Assembly: GCA_951406725.2 (NCBI GenBank)
Contig: OX597821.1
Span: forward strand, 20,894,001-20,958,000
Source of the DNA: Octopus vulgaris
Lineage: Eukaryota
Direction of reading: 5' to 3'
Length of the DNA: 64,000 nt
The number at the start of each line of letters is the position of its first letter. The stretch's first letter is position 1. Position numbers and translations under genes: made by a program. Positions 53,937-64,000 of this stretch are shown here, one piece after another. Under the pieces are notes generated by a model, which saw only the letters and a program-made list of their open reading frames with translations, was not told the DNA's origin and did not search any database.

Positions 53937-55300
53937 AAACCTTCAGACACGCAAAGATCTCATCAGCTCACGTACCCAGTGGTATGACTGGTAATATTTG
54001 ACGGAAATCTCCTGCAAGGACAACAGTTAAAACCCCCATAATGGCAGTATTGTTTCTAATAACCCTTAGTGACCTATCTAGGGCTTCTAGTGCACCACGG
54101 TGTCACATCGTGCATTCATCCTAGACAATAAGTATAGTTTGAAGCAGAACTTCCGCCATTAGTGATCGTTTTGAAATATCGCACATTCGGACATCCATTG
54201 AAGTCCAACTGAAAGGTAATTTGAACGTTGAGTGAGCTGTTCGTTCACCTGTTAACAAAGTTGAAGAATTCATCTAGCTTAATTGTTTGCATATGGGCTG
54301 TAGAAGCAGTAAAAATCCCTTTTGATTTGCTCATTTACGATTTAACTTCAGTTAATCTGTGGATGATTTCGTTATAAAAGATTTTCAAGCTTATAATTTT
54401 CTGGCTCGGATTCTTTAGTGAAATACAAATGGAAAATTTGAGGCTCGTTTTCATATTTCTAGAACTCATAATTTCAGACATATTCTCTCACGTATCCATT
54501 ATAGTATTTTATTGTATTATATAGACTCAAATTCTGAGATTGTCCTCATCTGTGTATTTGAGGTCATTTTTCTTTGACTCACCGAAAATATTACATTCGT
54601 GAGAATCGTATGTTTGGAGATATATACCTTTTGTCTGGGACACATTTAAGATATGTTCGACGCTGTTATTGTAAATTGCCTTTCAAAACTGTTGCCTCTA
54701 AAACTTATTTATTTTAGAACTGACTTCAAGTAAAAGTTGAAGCTATATATAGCATCGTTGCTTCATGTAGGCTTCAAAGTTAGAACTTCCTATTGATACT
54801 ACATTGGTTATGCGCTTATGTTATTGTAAGACAACATTGTAGTGATTAATTACCCATAAAGCATGTGCTGCACGTGATTTGTTCAGAAGAAGCCTAAAGG
54901 TCTGTTATTCTTGGTTGAGTAAATATTGTCTTGTAAATAAAAGCTAGTGACGTGTTACATCAACTCCACTGTTCTTCATTCATGCAGAAATATGTCTCAC
55001 AGAAAGTGGCTCTCTGGAAATTACAGTCTGAGGTGCTTAATTGCCCAGGCAAACAATATTCATTCATTCAAAAGCTCTTGAGAATTGCGGCATTTCGATG
55101 TTTATTTATGATATATACGACAACATCAAGCTATTTTATATAAACTATACATACGTCACAAAGACATTTTCGCATGTGACAGCAGAACTAAAAGCTTAGC
55201 ATCTTTATTATGGTCCATGGTATGTCCAGCATGATGTCACGACGATGATATAATTTGCAAACTTGTCCTTCTGTATATGTTTGCTTCAGAATGTTCTCAT
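53937..55300 (-). pseudogene. decayed Helitron RepHel, PIF1-like helicase region
   Basis: Minus strand 54270-53937: STLLTGERTAHSTFKLP...CDISKRSLMAEVL...LIV*DECTM*HRGALEALDRSLR...VVLAGDFRQILPVIP.GT*ADEIFACLK, i.e. PIF1 motifs Ia, II and III of Helitrons; extent beyond ~54300 is tentative. Confidence 0.85.
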
Positions 55301-55509
55301 CTCAGCGCCTTGTATATGCTTGAATGCATGTCTTAGGAACTTTCAAGCCTTGAAATTCATTTCTAATACGAAGTTGTAACAGACTCATGATGCTCAACGT
55401 CAACAGTAAGTTTGGTGTGAGTAAATTTTTGAAGTAACTTTTGTCTTGAATGATGTATGAAGTAAAGTTACGGGAGCCAAAGTGTGTTACAAGCACAAGT
55501 CCACATAGA

Positions 55510-55563
<54 letters not shown>

Positions 55564-55783
55564 GCAAGATTTTTTATGTGAAGTCGTGTGTTGAAACAGA
55601 TATTGTTATATTTCGGAATGGTCATTTTGCCAGTTTAGCCAATAAAAAACACACGCAAAATAACACCAAATATATTACAACATCTTTTAATTACACACCA
55701 TCCAATTCAGTAGAGCAGATTCTAGCAGCGTGAAAATTTTCTTAAACTATTTCCACACCAAATATAACAATATATATATATAT

Positions 55784-55869
<86 letters not shown>

Positions 55870-56414
55870 ATATGTGTATGCTTGACATTTATTCGGTTGC
55901 CGTAATAAAATTCCAAACTCGGAGTTTTATCATGGTAGTCGATTAATTGTCACATATTATATTACAGATAAATTCCTCTGTTTATATAATATCGATGTCT
56001 CATTCATTCTTTTGTTGGCATACTATTACTATTAATTAACATATATATATATGTAGATAGATAGATAGATAGGTAGATAGATAGATAGACATATAGATAT
56101 ATAGATATATAGATATAGGTATAGATATATATAGAGAGAGGGAGAGAGAGTGTGTATGAGAGAGACATATGTATAGATGGATGTGAATAGACCAATGCAG
56201 ATGTGTGTGTGAGTGTGTGTCCGTGTGAGTATGTGTGTGTGTATGTGTGTACGTTTGTGCCTGTTTTTGCACGTATGTCTACAGATGTACAGAGAGGTGT
56301 TTGTCAGTGGGCGTGGGCGTGTCTATGTAATTATGCAAAAATGTTGATACGAACTAATTGACAGTTACACAAGGTGCCTCACATCAAGCAGCGTGCGTAT
56401 CTGTTTTCCTCTGA

Positions 56415-56850
<436 letters not shown>

Positions 56851-57267
56851 ATGCACCTATATATGTTATGGTTCGTTTAAAATCGATTATAATCATATCA
56901 CATAGGAAATGATATTTATGTGAAATTCTTAAAAGGTATTTTTAACTTTAAATAGACTTAATTGAACATTTCGCCTGATACCTTCTTATGTTTATGTACA
57001 GCGCAATTTATTCCATCGCAAGTGCATTTCCTCAATCACAAGCTATATTTATGAAACCTCTCTTCCTCCGCTTCCAGATACTCCAGATAGGTGTGGAAAT
57101 AGTTTAAGAAAATTTTCACGCTGCTACAATCTGCTCTACTGAATTGGATGGTGTGTAATTAAAAGATGTTGTGATTTCATTGTTGTTGTTTGCGATGACG
57201 GATATTCTTGTTACTATAACTATTGCTTCAGTCTTTGTAGTAGTAGAAACATTAATGTTAGTAATAC

Positions 57268-57311
<44 letters not shown>

Positions 57312-57510
57312 ATTGTTATTATTGTCGTTGTTGTGGTTGTGGTTGTTGTGATGGTTGGTGCGGATTTTTATTTTGTGAAAACATTATGAATGTTTGTCAT
57401 TCTTCTATTGGTATATCTCCAGGGCAGGCGTGCAACTTTCGTCTTTTGATAGAATTGAGGATCCAGAGGTAAAATTATGTGAAACAGACAGTTTTCAATG
57501 CTTCAAAATG

Positions 57511-57551
<41 letters not shown>

Positions 57552-57591
57552 CTACATTTTTATATATACATATATATACATATATATATAT

Positions 57592-57843
57592 TCTTTTACT
57601 CTTTTACTCTTTACTTGTTTCAGTCATTTGACTGCGGCCATGCTGAAGCACCACCTTTAGTCGAACAAATCGATTCCAGCACTTATTTTTTGTAAGCTTA
57701 GTACTTATTCTATCGGTTTCTTTTGCCGAACCGAATGCAAACACACCAGCATCGGTTGTCAAGCGATGTTGGGGTCGGGGACAAACACAAACACACAAAC
57801 ACACAAACACATACAAACACATATACATATATATATGTATATT

Positions 57844-57881
<38 letters not shown>

Positions 57882-58050
57882 TATACATATATACGACGGA
57901 CTTCTTTCAGTTTCCGTCTACCAAATCCACTCACAAGGCTTTGGACGGCCCGAGTAGAAGACACTTTCCCAAGGTGCCACGCAGTGGGACTGAACCCGGA
58001 ACCATGTGGTTTGTAAGCAAGCTACTAACCACACAGCCACTCCTGCGCCT
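57592..58050 (-). mobile_element. SINE family A
   Basis: Full-length reverse match ending ccactcctgcgcct. Confidence 0.92.
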
Positions 58051-58153
58051 ATAATTATATGCATATAATTTTTTTATAAATAAGGATATATATACATATA
58101 TATATATAATTTATTATATATATATGTGTGTGTCTATGTATATATTATATATT

Positions 58154-58217
<64 letters not shown>

Positions 58218-58840
58218 TGTATGTGTGTGTATGTATGTGTGTGTGTTTGTGTGTATGTATATATTAGTTATAATATACATAATATTACATGTTCATATTT
58301 ATATTTATATATTTATCTCTGTGTGTGTGAGTGAGTGTGTGTATACATAAACACAAATGTTTAGGGCTATATTTCTTTGTTTAAACAGCTTCATCTGGCG
58401 TGTGATGACTCAGTGTTCATACAAAGAAATAGGAAGTCATTTTATGGGGGAAAATCAACAAATCTACGCTTCTCCTTTTGAAGCTGAAGAATCTGCTAAA
58501 TCTTTAAAAGGAGGGTGCTTATTTGTTAATTTTCAAAGACAATCAGTTACTACATAATGTTAATGCAGTATCATCTGCTCTTTGTAACGACCTTTTCTTG
58601 TTTATGATTTAGTACAGACATTTTAACACCAATTCAAACTCTCTAAGAAGCCACAGAGGCAATCGCAAAATGTATAATGCGATGTAAGTACCCTTATTTT
58701 GTTCCCATATGCTAATTTAGTCAGATCCTACTACAACTCAAGACTAATGTTGAACACTGAGGCCCTCAAAGCAGGGTTGTATTAGGCACAGTTAGATACT
58801 ATTTATCAGACATCAAACAATATTTTTTTATCGTTTACAA

Positions 58841-59056
58841 GGCGCCGAGCTGGCAGAATAGTTAGCGCGCCGGGCAAAATGCTTAGCGGTAGTTTGTTTG
58901 TCTTTAAGTTCTGAGTTCAAATTCCGCCGAGGTCGACGTTGCCATTCCTCCTTTTGGGGTCGATAAATTAAGTACCAGTTGCGTTATGGTGTCGATTTTA
59001 TCGGCTGGACCTCTACTCTAACATTTTGGGCATTGTGCCTAGAGTAGAACAGGATA
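58841..59056 (+). mobile_element. SINE family B
   Basis: ggcgccgagctggcagaatagttagc...ggggtcgataaattaagtaccagtt. Confidence 0.88.
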
Positions 59057-59145
59057 TATAAATCAAATATAATTTTCCACGTGGATGTAGAAATGTATTT
59101 GAGTGTATATGTGTGCGCATATATTAGATTGCTGCATTTGAAATA

Positions 59146-60056
59146 CGAGGTGGTAACAACAAGTTCCCGAACTACTTATGTTTAATGAAAAATTACTTAT
59201 TTACCTAAGTTCTAACATCATCACCTTCGAAATAGTCACCTTGGGCAGCAATTCACCGATCCCAGCGTTTCTGCCATATTTGGAATCCTGCCTGAAAATC
59301 GTTTCCCGTAAGTGAGCCGTTGACGTCTTGTGATTTAGTCTGAATCTCGACAGCTGTGTTAAAACGGCTACCTTTCGGCTGCATTTTCAAATTGGAGAAA
59401 CGATGGAGGTCTGCAGATACTAAATCTGTCGAATAAGACGGATGCAGTAGCAATAACATGTTGCTTTCGGCGAGGCATTTACGAGTGATGAGAACTCGTA
59501 TTCCCCAGATCCGGGCGCTTTCACCGAATGTTCTCCCTAAAATGCTTCTGCACATCACAGTAGAACCTTCGATTGACGGTCTGGCCCTTGGGGACGAACA
59601 CATGAGATACAATATTACATTTTCGTGAGTGATGCTCGTGATGGGTCTTGCAGATTGCTCATCGAGGGACATAGCTAAGTGAGTTGATTATTGATCTGAT
59701 CGCCTCTCTTTAAATAAGTCTCATGAAGAGCCCTGCCAGTCGAAACATTGCTTACGTCCCATTGCTTTGTCACCATAAGCTTACCGAAGCATGTCCAATG
59801 TCTCTGTAGCAGACTTCTCAAGTTTAACACGAAATTTCAGGTGAGCTCTTAGTTCCTGTCCATGACAAAAATCGGAGACTACAGCATGCACGCGATTACA
59901 AAAAAGATAAATTTCATTACTTGAGAAGTAGCACAGCGATGTCACTCGGTACACTGCTTCATGAAGGTCACTACTACTCTCACTGTGAACGCAGCCATGT
60001 GCTCCCATCTGTTGGTGCGCTACAGAATTAGTCTGGAAATTCTTGATACTAATTCG
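59146..60056 (-). mobile_element. internally deleted mariner element with TIRs and TA TSD
   Basis: TA|cgaggtggtaacaacaagttcccgaact ... agtctggaaattcttgatactaattcg|TA imperfect TIRs; N-terminal ELRAHLKFRVKLEKSATETLDML; C-terminal HPSYSTDLVSADLHRFSNLK (HPPYSPDLAP.DF motif). Confidence 0.88.
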
Positions 60057-60220
60057 TATGAATCAAATATAATTTTGAGCGTGTATGTGTATATGTATTT
60101 GAGTATGTGTATGTGGGTGTGTGACTGTGCGTGTAAATTAGACAGCTGCATGTGAGATAATATAAAGGTTTTGCATTACATGTGCATATGTATGTGCATG
60201 TGTCAGACCTTCAGTTATAA

Positions 60221-60823
60221 TCTATTGAATTTAGATTCCTAACCACTCCCACATTTTACGGTGCAGTTTAACCAAATTCAGGTATCTTATTGTCGTGATT
60301 CATATCGAGCCCGTCTGGCTATTAGCGCGCGTCTACGATGAGTCTATGATTTAAAAAATAATTTAACATCATTTTTTATTCCATTTTAATGCATGTTTTT
60401 TCGTGTGTCGATGGCGGCGGAGTTGGCGTCCACGCTCACACCGGCACCTCTGGGGAAGGGAGTGTAAGGAAATCAACGTCGTAATCTGTTGTCAAGGAGA
60501 GCAGCGTTCTTTTAGAACAACGACTTCATGGCTTGAAGACACCAAAACAGAAATGGCTAAGAAAGCGTCTACGATGAGTCTACGATTTTTAAAACAATTT
60601 ACCATCATTTTTTCCATTTTAATGCATTCTTTCGCTATTATATAAGGGAAGTAACTCTCTAAAAATGTCTACGATGAGTCAACGATTTAAACAAAAAATT
60701 ACCACCATTTTTTATTCCTTTTTTTAATGCATATTTTTGCTAATTTTTTTGCTATAACTCTCTAAAAATGCTTATATAGTTATTTCCCTTACAAACTCGA
60801 GCAACGCCGGGCGATACTGCTAG
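60221..60823 (+). mobile_element. non-autonomous Helitron, longer variant of 6717-7097
   Basis: Shared interior and 3' end ctcgagcaacgccgggcgatactgCTAG|T; extra internal segment ~60403-60565; 5' end uncertain. Confidence 0.85.
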
Positions 60824-61071
60824 TTGTTTATAATAATATCACCATGCGTAGAAAAACTTAGAACGGTATAAATTATCAATTAATAATTAAGAGTACTAAC
60901 AGGCAGTATCAGCATGCTGACAAAATAGTCAAAGTGACCAAATCACAAGTTGTCTCTTAAGCACAAAAGTGAAAGCGAAAAAATGGATAAAAACCCAAAG
61001 AACCGCGTACCAATACCGAAAATAATCGAAAATTGAAAAGTCAGACATACCCGTATCACCGGGTATGTATG

Positions 61072-61105
<34 letters not shown>

Positions 61106-61984
61106 TGTATGTATGTATGTATGTATGAGAATATGTAGGAATATATGTGTGGGCATGTCGGGGAAGTCGTGCGTATGTATTGGTATGTGATGGGTAAGTG
61201 TTTGTGACTGTTTAACAGTGTTCTATAAAATAACTTCTAACTTACTCTTTAGAAGAATATTGATCGATACCGTAAGTACAAATATATTTTGTGAAATCGA
61301 TAAAATGAATAAAATGGTCTTGGTTGCCGCGCTCCAGTATGACCGCAGTCAAATGAAATACACAAGTAAACAATTCAAGCAGTAATACTGTGATTCTCTT
61401 CATCAAACAGAAATGTATTGGAGAGGATCAAAATAGCATTGACATTGATAGCCTAAGTTACTTTTAAATCTGTGACCAAAATATGGTCATCGAGTGCAAT
61501 TTGAGTACTTAGCACCAACTATAAAGATTATAGAATCAATATCTTTAACGAAACACACTTCAGAAGCGTTGTCCACATTTACTGCTTTAACATCCTGTAA
61601 TTAGGATTAACTATTATCGATTATCATCAGAATCTGCAGAACGTCCAGACAATACGACCTGGGGCATATATTCACGTTGTTTCCGTGAGAGAATCAATTC
61701 CGGAGTTACCTTAAATCCTTCCGCGAATTACAAATAAGATTTCATTCAACGTAGACTCTGCTGTAATGAAAATGTATCTCTTCGTACTGAAATTAGAAAT
61801 AATTATTATGAGAATGAGACATATGGAAAATAATAATCAGAAGAAAAAAGATTCTTCAGGTAGTATTCGTCTGCATATCTATTGAACTGATTCGTACTTT
61901 ATAATCAGACATGATAATTCCATCAATGTTATCTAGTTATTATTATGCTTATTATACCCGGTGTATACCGTACATACTTTATTC

Positions 61985-62027
<43 letters not shown>

Positions 62028-62824
62028 TCCTTCTTTCCTTCTTTCTTCCATTCTTTCTGTCTTTCTTCCTTTCTTTCTTTTTATCAATTCATCATATGTA
62101 AATTCCCACACTTCCTGTCTGTCTTTGTATTGTCACCCTTATCCTTCGCTCTTGTGACAAATAAATGAAATTATTATTATTATTGTTGTTGTCGTCGTTA
62201 TTGTTAGTAGTAGTAGTAGTAATAGTAGTAGTAGTAGTAGTAGTAGTAGTAGGTAGTAGGAGGAGGAGGAGGAGGAGGAGGAGAAGTAGTATCGGTAGTG
62301 GTGGTGGTAGTAGTATTGTTGGTAGTGATAGTAGTAGTAGTAGTGGTTGTAGTAATAGTAGTATTAGTAGCAGCAACTGCAGCAATTTCAGTAACTCGGC
62401 GAGCTGACACATTCTTTAGGACATCAGACGAAATGTTTATCAGTATTTCTTCTGGATGCGTTGCTTTTAAATTCTAAATATCGTCGAGATTAACTTCTTA
62501 TTTCATCCATTCAAATCAATAAAACAAAGACCAGTTTAATATAGGGTATGATGTATTCAAGTATCAGAAAATTTTAGTTGTTTTAGAGGTAGCGAACCGG
62601 AAGAATTTATAGAACGCCGGACAAAATGATTTTAGTATTATACCTTGCTTTTCGATTGTCTTGAGCCATAACATATCGTTCAAGCGTTTTTGTTCGTCGC
62701 CCTACGGAGTAATGCTTTGACAGTAAGAAGTTTCTACATAAAATATTATTTCAAAATGACATCGTTTACATTCCGAGCCAAGAAGTGTTGAGGGCCGGAG
62801 GACGTATTCAAAAATAGTAGCAAC

Positions 62825-63047
62825 AGGCGCAGGAGTGGCTGTGTGGTATGTAGCTTGCTAACCAGCCACATGGTTCTGGGTTCAGTCCCACTGCGTGGCA
62901 TCTTGGGCAAGTGTCTTCTGCTATAGCCCCGGGCCGACCAATGCCTTGTGAGTGGATTTGGTAGACGGAAACTGAAAGAAGCCTGTCGTATATATGTATA
63001 TATATATATATTGTGTGCGTGTGAGTGACTGTGTGTCTGTGTGTGAT
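62825..63047 (+). mobile_element. SINE family A, 5' half
   Basis: aggcgcaggagtggctgtgtgg... breaks off after the internal microsatellite. Confidence 0.88.
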
Positions 63048-63743
63048 ACAATGTTGAATTATTTGCTGGCAATTATGTGGAGTGTGTCTTTCAACAAGCT
63101 GTGCGCATGAGAGATGAGCAGTCGATACCCAGAATCCTAGAATGACTTCGCCTCTACGTGGACAGCCAGTCGGTGATAAATGACAGCGTAATGTCACTTA
63201 AGTCACACCTTGAAGCAATGGGACACTTTGGATAATTTTGATCGCGGAACACTGCTTAAATGTAATTCGATTATCATCTCTGGAGCGACTTTTCCCAGAA
63301 ATAATGATTTAACTAAGTAATGGCATCTCAAATTAGATGGATTAGACATAATTCCTAAGAATATATTGTAACGCATTGGTATTTCAACATGATATTCCAA
63401 TCTATTGCCCTGAGTATTTTCTGTCCAGCCGAAGGGTCCAGCTCGTGATTAATCATTGCTTCATCTCACAACACAATGATGTATGACAGTGTAGATAGTA
63501 TACTTAACACCTTGTCTTATTCAGCCACTGACGGTTCAAAGTCCGGTGAATTGCACAATTTTAATGGTCATTCGATTTACATTTAGCTTTGACAAATGAT
63601 GCCTGCTTGTAATTACTAAGATACGAATTTAATTTGTAGCAAAACAAATATAAATATACACGTATATTACTATAAGTATATACATACACTCACACAAACA
63701 TACGCACACACACATTCATATATATATATATGTATATACATAC

Positions 63744-63792
<49 letters not shown>

Positions 63793-63852
63793 AATTTTAT
63801 ACAGACATACTCACTTACTCAAACTTATATAAAGATATATATTTATCTATCA

Positions 63853-63909
<57 letters not shown>

Positions 63910-64000
63910 AGTACCCATTCATATATACATATACGTACACGTCAATGTATATAGTAAATTTATATGCACCTTTGCAAAATTTAACTTCACATATACACAT

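Noticed and set aside
57423-57468. Possible micro-exon (ctccag|GGCAGG...CCAGAG|gtaaaa)
   Set aside because: Splice-like dinucleotides only; no recognisable protein and no partner exons. Needs RNA-seq.

Overview
Very AT-rich, repeat-saturated animal DNA with long (TA)n, (AAT)n, (GATA)n and (CA)n microsatellites. The SINE families look like those of octopus/cephalopods; this is my inference from recalled repeat sequences. I cannot support any intact host protein-coding gene, and nearly all listed ORFs are microsatellite read-through. The window holds at least three families of tRNA-derived SINEs, a 5'-clipped 5S rRNA copy, three R4/Dong-clade LINE pieces in TAA arrays, L1/Tx1 and CR1 LINE relics, two mariner relics, non-autonomous Helitrons and a decayed Helitron PIF1 helicase. 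Two things stand out. (1) A family of small, highly structured elements carries minimal type I hammerhead ribozyme motifs: a 362-nt tandem at 29.2-29.9 kb, a circularly permuted diverged copy at 46.1-46.4 kb, and further motifs at 3.5, 14.2-14.4 and 35.2 kb. The 29 kb and 46 kb motifs have a compensated U3-A8 core and covarying stems, which fits a retrozyme or Penelope pLTR type system. (2) A 3-kb element with two tandem Tx1/L1-like ORF1 (zinc knuckle) genes and no reverse transcriptase is inserted, with a target-site duplication, into the tRNA head of a SINE (8.36-11.37 kb). Boundaries of degenerate elements are approximate and were read by eye.
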